Source: an uncultured Gammaproteobacteria bacterium
Lineage (GTDB): Bacteria > Pseudomonadota > Gammaproteobacteria > UBA9214
Direction of reading: 5' to 3'
Length of the DNA: 64,000 bases
Assembly (NCBI GenBank): GCA_963827755.1
Contig: CAWHCQ010000011.1
Location: forward strand, 32,001 to 96,000
Part shown: in pieces, positions 42,215 through 51,620 of the stretch
How the letters are laid out: each line of letters starts with the position of its first letter
Position numbering within the stretch: the first letter of the stretch is position 1
Position numbers and translations under genes: made by a program
Notes under the pieces: model-generated
Database searches by the model: none
Seen by the model: the letters and a program-made list of their open reading frames with translations, nothing else
Told to the model about the DNA's origin: nothing

Positions 42215-42393
42215 TTTTTCTTCGTCCAAAATAGAAAAGGCAGCCCGTTACAGACTGCCATGCCTCGAGGTATTGATTTTATAACCGCTGCTTCGAAAAG
42301 CGCAAACCCGGCCAGGGACCGGGTTTGCAGAGCCTGTAATGACCGGTTCAGGCCTGTATTGCCCGATTATCGGCCATTCCTGTCGGCTGTCGC

Positions 42394-42981
42394 CTAGAAG
42401 GGGAGACTGCCATGTCCATGGCTGACCATGCACATCAGCATGGGGATCGACAGCAGCGTGTTCGTGCGTGATGCCATCAGTGCCACTTTCTTTCCGCTGG
42501 CAATCTGCTCGGCAGTGGCTTCCACCATGCCAAGGATCTTCTTCTGGTTTGGCCAGATCAGTACCCATACGTTGAACAGCATGATGGTGCCCAGCCATGC
42601 GCCGATGCCGATGACCTGTGCGCCCTCGGCCAGCATGAAGGCGTTGACAAAACCGACACCCATGGTCTCCAGCGCGGCCGCCCCGGTCACCCACGTGGCA
42701 ACGGCAGCCCAGCGAAACCAGACCAGTGCACGGGGTGCGACGTACTTGTTGATTGCAGCCGGTCCGGGACCGCCTTCATCACCGAGCGCGGCACCGACTG
42801 CCGGGACCTGGACAAAATTGAAGTAGTACAACAGGCCGATCCAGGTAATACCGGCCAGCACGTGGGCCCAGACTTCCAGCACCCAGAGATTGACATCGCT
42901 GAAGCCGAGTGCGGCGACGATGATAACGGCCAGTGCGAAACCGGAAATGATGGTTCCCCAGATAGATGTTAATGGATTCAT
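42394..42981 (-). CDS. Urate_ox_N / PuuD-like membrane protein without cytochrome c domain
   Basis: HVLAGITWIGLLYYFNF, FRWAAVATWVTG, GTIMLFNVWVLIWPNQK, SRTNT..SIPML. Confidence 0.75.
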   Translation of the reverse strand: MNPLTSIWGTIISGFALAVIIVAALGFSDVNLWVLEVWAHVLAGITWIGLLYYFNFVQVPAVGAALGDEGGPGPAAINKYVAPRALVWFRWAAVATWVTGAAALETMGVGFVNAFMLAEGAQVIGIGAWLGTIMLFNVWVLIWPNQKKILGMVEATAEQIASGKKVALMASRTNTLLSIPMLMCMVSHGHGSLPF

Positions 42982-43032
42982 TGCGATGTTCTCCCATGGC
43001 TTGCAACGCTGCTGCTGCAGGCGGTTTGTGAA

Positions 43033-43057
43033 ATAGGTGACTAATTTAGTCAGGAAT
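43033..43057. promoter_or_regulatory. Type-1 IscR-like binding site
   Basis: ATAGGTGACTAATTTAGTCAGGAAT, 23/25 match to ATASYYGACTRWWWYAGTCRRSTAT. Confidence 0.72.
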
Positions 43058-43060
43058 GGG

Positions 43061-43089
43061 AGGATACGGCAGCCATAGGCACATTGCAA
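43061..43089 (-). promoter_or_regulatory. Putative sigma70 promoter of the PuuD-like gene
   Basis: TTGCAA-N17-TATCCT on minus strand. Confidence 0.55.
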
Positions 43090-43264
43090 TATGATGAATT
43101 TCGATTTTCTGTTAAAAAAAGCATTGGCTTACAGCAGTTTCGGCACGCCTTGCGCGCTGCCGGACGAACACCGGAGAAGAGCATTGGACGCTGTTGGATC
43201 AAGTATATTCACCTGGCTATGCGCCGCCCGCGGAATGTCCCGGGCAAGGCCGGGCGACTGACGA

Positions 43265-45046
43265 ATGTGCGGAATCTGCGGCGAGTTGCGTTTTGATGGA
43301 CAGGCGCCCCTGCGTGACAAACTGGAGGCAATGACCGCCAGGCTGGCGCGGCGCGGGCCGGACGCCAGTGGTCATTATTTTGCCGGGCCGCTGGCGCTGG
43401 GGCATCGCCGCCTTGCGGTGATTGATCTCTCCGAGCGTTCCAACCAGCCGATGGTCGATGAAGCACTCGGGCTGGTGCTGGTCTTTAACGGGACGATTTA
43501 CAATTACCGGGAACTCAGGGAACAGCTGCGCGCAAAGGGCTACCGGTTTTTTTCGAATGGCGACAGCGAGGTTATCCTCAAGGCGTACGCGGAATGGGGT
43601 GAGGATTGCCTGGTGCATTTGCATGGCATGTTTGCCTTTGCCATCTGGGAAACTGCGCGGCAGCGCCTGTTCCTGGCACGTGACCGTTTCGGCATCAAAC
43701 CGCTGTATTACAGTTTCACCCCGGGCGGCCTGCGTTTTGCTTCAACCAGCCAGGCCCTGCTGGCAGCCGGTGATGTGAATACAGCCATTGACCCGGTCGC
43801 CCTGCATCACCATTTCAGCCTGCATGCCGTGGTGCCGGCGCCGCGCACCCTGTTGTGCGGGGTGCGCAAATTACAGCCCGGCCACTGCATGACCATCCAT
43901 GCCGATGGCCGCAACCGGGTGCAACGCTACTGGCAACTGGACCTGTCGCGCCGGTATCCGCCAATGAATGAATGGGAATGGATCGAGGCGACCCATGTCG
44001 CGCTGCGCAAGGCCGTTGAAAGGCGGCGGGCGGTGGCCGATGTGCCGGTCGGTATCCTGCTCTCGGGTGGTCTCGATTCCAGCCTGCTGGTCGCGTTGCT
44101 GGCCGAGGCGGGTGGCGGAGATTTGCTGACCTTCTCCGTCGGCTTCGAGGACGAACCGGAAGAGCAGGGCAACGAGTTCCAGTATTCCGACATGGTCGCG
44201 GAACTCTATTCCACGCAGCATCAGCGTTTCATCATTCACAATGAGCATGTGCTGGAACGTTTGCCGGAGGCGGTCGACAACATGGCCGAGCCCATGGTCG
44301 GCCAGGATGCGATCGCCTTTTACCTGTTGAGCGAGCGGGTCTCGCGTGAAGTCAAGGTGGTGCAGAGCGGCCAGGGCGCGGATGAAGTGTTTGCCGGCTA
44401 TTTCTGGTATGCGCAGATGCTTGCGGCCGAGGGCAATGATATCGAGCGTTTTCGCGAACGTTATTTCGACCGCTCGCATGCCGAGTGGCTGCAGCTGACC
44501 ATGCCTGCCTGCCATGGCCCGGATTACACCAGCGCGCGTGTCGCAGAGGGCCTGTCACAATTTGGCGGCGATGATTTTATCAACCGTGTGCTGGCCTTCG
44601 ATGTCACCACCCTGATTGTCGATGATCCGGTCAAGCGCGTGGACAACATGACCATGGCATGGGGGCTGGAGGCGCGCGTACCGTTTCTTGACCAGGAGCT
44701 GGTCGAGCTGGTGGCCTGCATGCCCGCGCAGATTAAAATGAAATCAGGCGGCAAGCACCCCTTAAAAGTGATGGCCCGCGATCTCCTGCCCGATATCGTG
44801 ATTGACCGGCCAAAAGGCTATTTTCCGGTGCCTGCGCTGAAGTTTGTGCGCGGTCAGACCCTTGAATTCATGCGTGGTGTACTGGAGTCGAGGGCGTGTC
44901 GCGAGCGCGGGCTGTTTCAGCGCAGTTACGTACAACAGATGCTGGATCACCCGGACCGGGTGCACACGCCGATCAATGGCAACAAGCTCTGGCATCTCGC
45001 CTTGCTGGAATTCTGGCTGCAGCGCAATGTGGATATACCCGCATGA
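43265..45046 (+). CDS. Asparagine synthase-like amidotransferase (N-acetylglutaminylglutamine amidotransferase type)
   Basis: MCGICGE, HRRLAVIDLS, FNGTIYNY, LSGGLDSS, VDDPVKRVDNMTMAWGLEARVPFLD. Confidence 0.85.
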   Translation: MCGICGELRFDGQAPLRDKLEAMTARLARRGPDASGHYFAGPLALGHRRLAVIDLSERSNQPMVDEALGLVLVFNGTIYNYRELREQLRAKGYRFFSNGDSEVILKAYAEWGEDCLVHLHGMFAFAIWETARQRLFLARDRFGIKPLYYSFTPGGLRFASTSQALLAAGDVNTAIDPVALHHHFSLHAVVPAPRTLLCGVRKLQPGHCMTIHADGRNRVQRYWQLDLSRRYPPMNEWEWIEATHVALRKAVERRRAVADVPVGILLSGGLDSSLLVALLAEAGGGDLLTFSVGFEDEPEEQGNEFQYSDMVAELYSTQHQRFIIHNEHVLERLPEAVDNMAEPMVGQDAIAFYLLSERVSREVKVVQSGQGADEVFAGYFWYAQMLAAEGNDIERFRERYFDRSHAEWLQLTMPACHGPDYTSARVAEGLSQFGGDDFINRVLAFDVTTLIVDDPVKRVDNMTMAWGLEARVPFLDQELVELVACMPAQIKMKSGGKHPLKVMARDLLPDIVIDRPKGYFPVPALKFVRGQTLEFMRGVLESRACRERGLFQRSYVQQMLDHPDRVHTPINGNKLWHLALLEFWLQRNVDIPA

Positions 45047-45132
45047 AAAGTGCCTTTTAGTGGATGCAGTACGGGGTTACACTGATGCCCATGCCGGTTA
45101 TCCGGAAATCAATTTCCAGAGAGGATGAAACA

Positions 45133-45453
45133 ATGGATGTAATGGAACGAATCGACAAAGAAGTAAAAGACCACCCGGTGATGATCTTCATGAAAGGCAC
45201 GCCGCAGTTGCCGCAGTGCGGCTACTCCAGTCGTACCGCCCAGGCACTGGCGGCCTGTGGCCAGGAATTCGGCCATGTAAACGTACTGGCTGATCCGGAA
45301 ATATTCGAGAACCTGCCGCGCTATGCCAACTGGCCAACCTTTCCGCAGGTCTATATCAACGGCGAGTTGATCGGCGGCTGTGATATCACCCTGGAGCTTT
45401 TCCAGAAGGGTGAGTTGCAAAAGATGGTGCAGCAGGCCGTGGAGAAGGCCTGA
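45133..45453 (+). CDS. grxD: Monothiol glutaredoxin Grx4
   Basis: MKGTPQLPQCGYS, WPTFPQVYI, IGGCDI. Confidence 0.93.
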   Translation: MDVMERIDKEVKDHPVMIFMKGTPQLPQCGYSSRTAQALAACGQEFGHVNVLADPEIFENLPRYANWPTFPQVYINGELIGGCDITLELFQKGELQKMVQQAVEKA

Positions 45454-45458
45454 GATAT

Positions 45459-45585
45459 TGACGGGTACGCTGCGCTTTACCCGTCCTGCCTTGAGTTCTG
45501 AATACACATGTTAGGTACGCTGCATTTTACCCATCCTACCTGCCAGCTTTCTTCGTAGGACGGGTAAAGCGCAGCGTACCCGTCA
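45459..45585. repeat. Cluster of three GTAG-type REP units
   Basis: TGACGGGTACGCTGCGCTTTACCCGTCCTGC, degenerate GGTACGCTGCATTTTACCCATCCTAC, inverted GTAGGACGGGTAAAGCGCAGCGTACCCGTCA. Confidence 0.85.
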
Positions 45586-45606
45586 CATCCATCACCCGGC
45601 AAAAAA

Positions 45607-46158
45607 CTAGTTCGCTTCCAGCTTCAGCAGTTCCTCGATAATCTCCAGCATCAGTTTCTGCCCCTTCTCGCCCATTTTATCGCTGAGCTTGTCAGGATCG
45701 CGCTCACCCTCGACCAGCGGGCGAATCCGGCCGGCAAGGATACCCATGTCACCACCGGCCGCGAGCATTTGCTTGGCCATGGAGCCGATAATCTGCAGCG
45801 CCTGCACGTTACCGTTGCGGGATGCGTGCACCAGGCCGGCAATGCCCGGTGCTGCCATGGTGGAATCAAAGTCCGCCTGCAGGTCAGGCAGGGTTTGCGG
45901 GTCCTGCAGGCCGCGCAGGATGGACTCCACGATGACCCGATCTTCCTCGTCAAGTCCTGACAGTACGGATTCATCCCGCGTGCCCGACATAATGCTCCGA
46001 ATGGCCACAACAAGTTGCTTCCAATCATTCATTTCAGCCTGCTCGAGGACCTGTTCCATGTCCGGGACCGAGCCGGGATTATTGCAGTGCATGACGACGC
46101 GATGAATCAATCCTGTGTGTGCCTGCAGGATCTGCTCGTTTTTATCCGGTAGAGACAT
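45607..46158 (-). CDS. Hypothetical helical protein with internal duplication
   Basis: Clean ORF with AAGG RBS just downstream of rnt; two IRxxxxGxRD units. Confidence 0.7.
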   Translation of the reverse strand: MSLPDKNEQILQAHTGLIHRVVMHCNNPGSVPDMEQVLEQAEMNDWKQLVVAIRSIMSGTRDESVLSGLDEEDRVIVESILRGLQDPQTLPDLQADFDSTMAAPGIAGLVHASRNGNVQALQIIGSMAKQMLAAGGDMGILAGRIRPLVEGERDPDKLSDKMGEKGQKLMLEIIEELLKLEAN

Positions 46159-46165
46159 GAGTGTA

Positions 46166-46828
46166 TTACCCTTTAGTTGCGATGATTGATGTACCTGGAC
46201 CTGGCAGACTGATGTTGAATTCATTCCAGCGATTTATGATCGAACAAAACAGGTCGGCCGTGCGTTCGGTATCGTAGACGGCTGAATGTGCCTTTTCGCT
46301 GTTCCAGTTAAAGCCGGCGGCCTGTACGGCCCGTGCAAGTACGGTCTGTCCAAAGGCCAGGCCGGCCAGTGATACCGTATCAAAGGTGCTGAAGGGATGG
46401 AACGGGTTGCGCTTGATGCCGGAGCGTTTCACGGCCTCGTTCAGGAAAGACAGGTCGAACGAGGCATTGTGGCCGACGAGGATCGCACGTTTGCAGTCAC
46501 TTTCCCTGATCGCCCGGCGTACCGGTTTGAAAATCAGTTCCAGTGCCTCGTGCTCCGGGACGGCCATGCGGAACGGGTTATAAGGATCGATGCCGGTAAA
46601 TTCGAGGGATTCCTGGTCCAGGTTGGCACCGGGAAAGGGTTCGACGTGGCTTGAGAAGGTATCCTTGCGGGAGATGAAGCCCGCGGCATCCATTTCCAGT
46701 GTGACCGCGGCAATTTCCAGCAGGGCGTCACGCCGGGCATTGAAGCCGGCCGTTTCGACATCGATTACCACGGGAAGAAAGCCGCGAAACCGTTGTGCCA
46801 TGGGTGCCTTGTCAGCAATATCCGTCAT
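46166..46828 (-). CDS. rnt: Ribonuclease T
   Basis: [37 protein letters not shown]. Confidence 0.96.
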   Translation of the reverse strand: MTDIADKAPMAQRFRGFLPVVIDVETAGFNARRDALLEIAAVTLEMDAAGFISRKDTFSSHVEPFPGANLDQESLEFTGIDPYNPFRMAVPEHEALELIFKPVRRAIRESDCKRAILVGHNASFDLSFLNEAVKRSGIKRNPFHPFSTFDTVSLAGLAFGQTVLARAVQAAGFNWNSEKAHSAVYDTERTADLFCSIINRWNEFNISLPGPGTSIIATKG

Positions 46829-46966
46829 TTGACTAGCATACCCAATCGTTGCGGTCTTGGCGATGCCGGCAAATGCCGTGGCTGCCGGGATAAATCGCTG
46901 GCAAGCGTATAAAATACACCTGTACATTGTTATTCAGCCTGAACGGTATTCAGCGGGGATTGATAC

Positions 46967-47869
46967 GTGCACCAGCCAGAAGCATTGCAGAAACACCGCC
47001 AGAGATATCCGCTTGCTTTTGCAACCCTGCTGATATGCCTGTTTGTCTCGCTGGCGCAGGCCGGTGCGGAGAAGGACCGGGGCCTGCTGTGGGAGCTGAG
47101 CAAGCCGGGTACCCCTGCCAGTTATCTGTTCGGTACGCTGCATTCGGAAGACCCGGACGTCGTGCGGCTTGCTCCGCCGGTGCAGAAGGCCTTTGATGCC
47201 GCGCAGGCCGTTGTCATCGAGGTGTTGTTTGATATGCAGGCCATGAAGTTGTCAAGTGCCGCCATGTTGATGATGGATGGCCGCTCGCTGAAAGACATCG
47301 TGGGAGAGTCGCTGTTTACAGCAGCGGCAGCCGCGATGCGGCTGCGTGGCATGCCTGACATGCTGACCGAGCATATGCAGCCGTGGGCAGTGGCCGTCAG
47401 CCTGTCGACGCCCGCACCGGAAACCGGGCAGGTGCTGGATATGGTTTTGTACCAGGATGCCCTGCAGCAAGGCAAGCCGGTTTACGGGCTGGAGACGATC
47501 CAGGAACAGCTGGAGGTTTTCACCGGCATGTCACTGGACGACCAGGTGAGGTTGCTGCAGGATGCAGTCGAGCACTTTGATGAGATTGACGCACTTTATG
47601 CAGAGCTGTTAACGGCGTGGAAGCAGCGCGACCTGGCGAGGCTCGTGGCAATCAACGAGTCTGAACTGGCAAGCGGTGGCGAGCAATTCGCGGCTGATTT
47701 CCAGAAGCGTTTAATCGTTCATCGCAACCATTTGATGGCGCAACGGATGCAGCCGTACCTGACACAGGGCAGGGCGTTCATCGCCGTGGGCGCCCTGCAC
47801 CTGCCGGGCGAGACGGGCCTGTTGAACCTGCTGGAGCAGCGCGGTTACACGGTGAAGGTGGTTTACTGA
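46967..47869 (+). CDS. TraB/GumN family periplasmic protein
   Basis: SYLFGTLH, GLET..EQ, RNHLM, FIAVGALHLPG. Confidence 0.88.
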   Translation: MHQPEALQKHRQRYPLAFATLLICLFVSLAQAGAEKDRGLLWELSKPGTPASYLFGTLHSEDPDVVRLAPPVQKAFDAAQAVVIEVLFDMQAMKLSSAAMLMMDGRSLKDIVGESLFTAAAAAMRLRGMPDMLTEHMQPWAVAVSLSTPAPETGQVLDMVLYQDALQQGKPVYGLETIQEQLEVFTGMSLDDQVRLLQDAVEHFDEIDALYAELLTAWKQRDLARLVAINESELASGGEQFAADFQKRLIVHRNHLMAQRMQPYLTQGRAFIAVGALHLPGETGLLNLLEQRGYTVKVVY

Positions 47870-47898
47870 GAGAGCCATCTCGCGCAAGATGGTTCTTG

Positions 47899-48930
47899 TC
47901 AGGTCTTCACTCGCCAGTGCAGGGTTTCACCGGCATACATCGGCACGACTGTTGAATCTCCCAGCGGATAGCTGTCCGCTACGGTCCAGTCGGTTTTCTC
48001 CAGGGTGATGGTTTGCGTGTTGCGTGGCAGGCCGTAGAAATCAGGCCCGTAATGGCTGGCGAAACCTTCCAGCCTGTCGAGCGCGCCTGCAGCCTCGAAG
48101 GCCTTTGCATACAGTTCCAGTGCGGCATGGGCGGTGTAGATGCCGGCACAGCCGCAAGACGATTCCTTGCGCTCCCTGGCATGCGGCGCACTGTCGGTGC
48201 CGAGGAAGAATTTATTGTTGCCGCTGGTGGCCGCTTCAATCAATGCCCGGCGGTGGCTTTCGCGTTTCAGGACCGGCAGGCAATAGGCATGCGGCTGCAG
48301 GCCGTTTTTGAACATGGCATTGCGGTTCATCAACAGGTGGTGGGCGGTGATCGTGGCGGCCACCGTGTCCGGCATTGAGCGAACGAACTCGATCCCCTGC
48401 CGGGTGGTGGCATGCTCCAGCACCACTTTGAGTCCGGGGAAGCGCACCGTCAGGGGTTCGAGCAGGCTGTCTATGAAAACGGCTTCACGGTCGAAGACAT
48501 CGACATCCGGGTCTGTCACCTCGGCATGCAGCAGCAGGGGCATGCCGGCCTCCTGCATGGCTTCGAGCGTTGACCAGGTCTTGCTGATGTCCGTCACGCC
48601 GGCAGCGGAGTTCGTCGTCGCACCGGCCGGGTAGTATTTGAAGGCTACTACCATGCCGCTGTCCTTTGCGCGGCTGACTTCATCGGCTGTGGTGTTATCT
48701 GTCAGGTAGAGGGTCATCAGCGGGACGAAGTCTGTCCCTGCGGGCAGCGCATCGAGGATGCGCTGGCGATAGGCCAGGGCCTGTGCGGTTGTCGTGACCG
48801 GTGGCTGCAGGTTGGGCATGATGATGGCCCGTGCAAACTGGCGGGCCGTGTGCGGGATCACCGCGGCCAGTGCCTTACCATCACGGACATGCAGGTGCCA
48901 GTCGTCCGGGCGCGTCAGCGTCAGTTCCAT
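47899..48930 (-). CDS. pyrC: Dihydroorotase (type II)
   Basis: PDDWHLHVRDG, KYYPAGATTNS, FLGTDSAPH. Confidence 0.96.
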   Translation of the reverse strand: MELTLTRPDDWHLHVRDGKALAAVIPHTARQFARAIIMPNLQPPVTTTAQALAYRQRILDALPAGTDFVPLMTLYLTDNTTADEVSRAKDSGMVVAFKYYPAGATTNSAAGVTDISKTWSTLEAMQEAGMPLLLHAEVTDPDVDVFDREAVFIDSLLEPLTVRFPGLKVVLEHATTRQGIEFVRSMPDTVAATITAHHLLMNRNAMFKNGLQPHAYCLPVLKRESHRRALIEAATSGNNKFFLGTDSAPHARERKESSCGCAGIYTAHAALELYAKAFEAAGALDRLEGFASHYGPDFYGLPRNTQTITLEKTDWTVADSYPLGDSTVVPMYAGETLHWRVKT

Positions 48931-50439
48931 GTCTTATCCATGATGGACTGTTCCAGTAACAGGTTCATTGTATAGCGTATGCCAAAGCCGGTGGTATCGG
49001 TTCGCGATATGTCCGAGGCCGCCCTTGTGGTTGCTGGCGGCGAGGTCCACGTGCACCCAGTGAATATCATCATTGACGAAGCGTTTCAGGAAGCGTGCAG
49101 CCAGGATATGGTCGGCATCGCCTTCCAGGGTGCATTGCAGGGTATCGGCGATGTCCGATTTCAGTGATTCATCGAAGTCCTTGTCGAGCGGGAAGGGCCA
49201 CACCCGTTCACCGCTGTCACGGCCTGCCGTGGTCAGCGCGGCGTGCAGGGAGTCGCGGTTGCTGAAGACGCCGCTGTAGCGTGAAGACAGTGAGTAGATG
49301 CAGGCGCCGGTCAGGGTGGCGTAATCGATCATCACGTGCGGTTTTGTCTTGCTGGCCAGTGCCAGTGTATCGGCCAGTACCATGCGGCCTTCGGCATCGG
49401 TGTGTTTGATCTCGATGCTGGTGCCGTTGCAGGCCTTGACCACGTCATTCGGTTTGTATGCCTTGCTGCCAATATGGTTCTCTGCAAGCGCCAGCCAGCA
49501 ATCCACAGGGTAGTCCACTTTGAGCCGTGACAGCGCCAGCAGCGTACCCAGTGCGACTGCGCTGCCCTGCATGTCTTCGTGCATGCCGTTCATGTACTTT
49601 GCCGGCTTGACGTTGACGCCACCGGTATCGAAACAGATGCCCTTGCCGACCAGGGCAAGTTTTTTTCCGCCCGTAGTCTTCGGGCGATAGCGCAGGTGAA
49701 TGATGCCGGCGTCATCGTCCGGGCTGCCCTGGGAGACGGCAAGGAAGGCGCCGGCCTTCTTGCGTTTCAATGCACGGGAGTCGAGGAAGGTCATCTGCCA
49801 GCCCTCGCTTTTTGCCAGCCCGGTGACATATTTCCGGTAGGTCGCCGGCGTGAGTACGTTGGGCGGCAGCACCGACAGCCAGCGTGCCAGGTGGTTGCCC
49901 TGAATCTCTGCCTGTACCGCTGACAGGTCGATCTCTTTCTCCAGGCCATAAATATCAATGCCCTTGAGGCGGGCGACCGGCCCTGGTTCGGCCTGGTAGC
50001 TCGGCATCGGGCATACCGCTGCCAGCATGGCGGCGATCAGGGTCTCAAGCGGGCGTGTCGCTGCAACCGCCTTGATGCCCGCGATCTGTACGAGCAGGGT
50101 GGCCGGGTCCTGCGCGCGCGTGACCGCAGCAAGCTCGCGTGCGGTAGTCAGCAACTCGAAGGTCGTGGCTGGCGTGGCCAGCGTTTGCAGGATGGCCCGG
50201 GTGCCGGTCTTGTTCGGCAGGTCCGTGACCAGCCGGGTTGCGTGTTTGTCACGGCGCTTTTGCTCCAAAAAGCGCCGCTTCAACAGGTCGGCGTAGGCCA
50301 GTTGCCCCCAGGCGGCCTTGCCGGGTTTTTCCGGGAGCAGCACCAGGACCACTCGGGCGGCATCGATCTGCTTCTTAAACGGGACTTTTAAATATTGATT
50401 TAGCTTGATTTTTTCACTATGCCGAAAGGGGATATGCAT
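48921..50439 (-). CDS. M17 leucyl aminopeptidase family protein; +1 frameshift near 49001
   Basis: VGKGICFDTGG, MHEDMQG, HTDAEGRMVLAD, ATLTGA; corrected C-terminus TDTTGFGIRYT ends at 48921, overlapping the pyrC start. Confidence 0.85.
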
Positions 50440-50627
50440 GCTTTTGTCTTGACCTGTAAACGCAAAACACTGATCATATCGCGCTTGCCGTGTTTCGGGT
50501 ACCGCTGTTTCCTTTGAATTCAGGAAGATGGCTCCCACCATCGCGCGTAGCTGCCCCGCCATGGCCGATATTCCGCAATCTCGACGGAGAAGACTGTCAA
50601 ATGTCCGTCGCAACGACCGAGTAGACG

Positions 50628-51620
50628 ATGAAAGACACTGATAAAAAACGCCTGTTGGGTGAAATGCTGTTTGCGCGCCGTTTCGAGGAGCGCTGCTACG
50701 AGGCCTATGTCGAACGCAACATCGGTGGCTTTCTGCATCTCTACCCCGGTGAAGAGGCCTGCGCCTTTGGTGTGCTCGAGGCGGCCAATCCCGGAAGTGA
50801 CTACGTCATTACCAGTTACCGCGATCATGTGCATGCCATCAAGGCGGGTGCCGACCCGCGCAAGGTGATGGCCGAGCTGTTTGGCCGTGAAACCGGCGTC
50901 TGCAAGGGACGTGGTGGCTCGATGCACATCTTCGACGTAGCGCATCGTTTCATGGGTGGCTATGCGCTGGTCGGCGGACCCTTTCCACTGGCGGCCGGTA
51001 TCGCCAAGGGTATCCAGATGCAGGGCGGTGATGAAATCTGTGTCTGCTTTCTGGGCGACGCAGCCAATAACCAGGGCACCTTCCATGAGTCACTGAATAT
51101 GGCCAAGCTCTGGAACCTGCCGGTGCTCTATGTCTGCGAAAACAACCTGTACGGCATCGGTACACGCATCGATCGTTCCACGGCCGTTATTGACCAATAC
51201 AAGCGCGTCTCGGCCTATAACATCCCGTCGGCCCAGGAAGACGGGCAGGATGTTGAGCAGGTTTACAAGGCCGCTACCAAAGCCGTCAGGCATGTGCGTG
51301 GAGGCAAGGGACCTTATTTTCTGGAGCTGATGACCTACCGCTACCGTGGACATTCCATGTCGGACTCAAATGCCTACCGCGCCAAGACAGAGGAACGCAT
51401 GTGGGGTGAGCGCGACCCGGTCATTATATTGCGCGACCGCCTCATCGACGCAGGCACGCTGACCCTGGATGAGTACAAGGATATGGACACGGCAATCCTC
51501 GATGAGATTGAAGACGACATCATTCGTTTTGCCGCCGAGTCGCCCGAGCCGCTTGTCTCGGAAGTGGAAAAATATGTACTGGCCGAGAATGACCCCTGGG
51601 TCAGGGGCGGGGTGCAGTAA
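50628..51620 (+). CDS. pdhA: Pyruvate dehydrogenase E1 alpha subunit
   Basis: GGFLHLY, GRGGSMH, GDAANNQG..NN TPP motif, TYRYRGHSMSD. Confidence 0.93.
   Translation: MKDTDKKRLLGEMLFARRFEERCYEAYVERNIGGFLHLYPGEEACAFGVLEAANPGSDYVITSYRDHVHAIKAGADPRKVMAELFGRETGVCKGRGGSMHIFDVAHRFMGGYALVGGPFPLAAGIAKGIQMQGGDEICVCFLGDAANNQGTFHESLNMAKLWNLPVLYVCENNLYGIGTRIDRSTAVIDQYKRVSAYNIPSAQEDGQDVEQVYKAATKAVRHVRGGKGPYFLELMTYRYRGHSMSDSNAYRAKTEERMWGERDPVIILRDRLIDAGTLTLDEYKDMDTAILDEIEDDIIRFAAESPEPLVSEVEKYVLAENDPWVRGGVQ

Noticed and set aside
42290-42360. c-di-GMP-I riboswitch suggested by GCAAACC
   Set aside because: Forms a simple GCAAACCCGG/CCGGGTTTGC hairpin downstream of the PuuD-like gene and lacks the GAAA tetraloop and second stem
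45459-45585. Possible mini CRISPR array
   Set aside because: Only three units, one inverted, with GTAG ends and no cas genes; these are REPs
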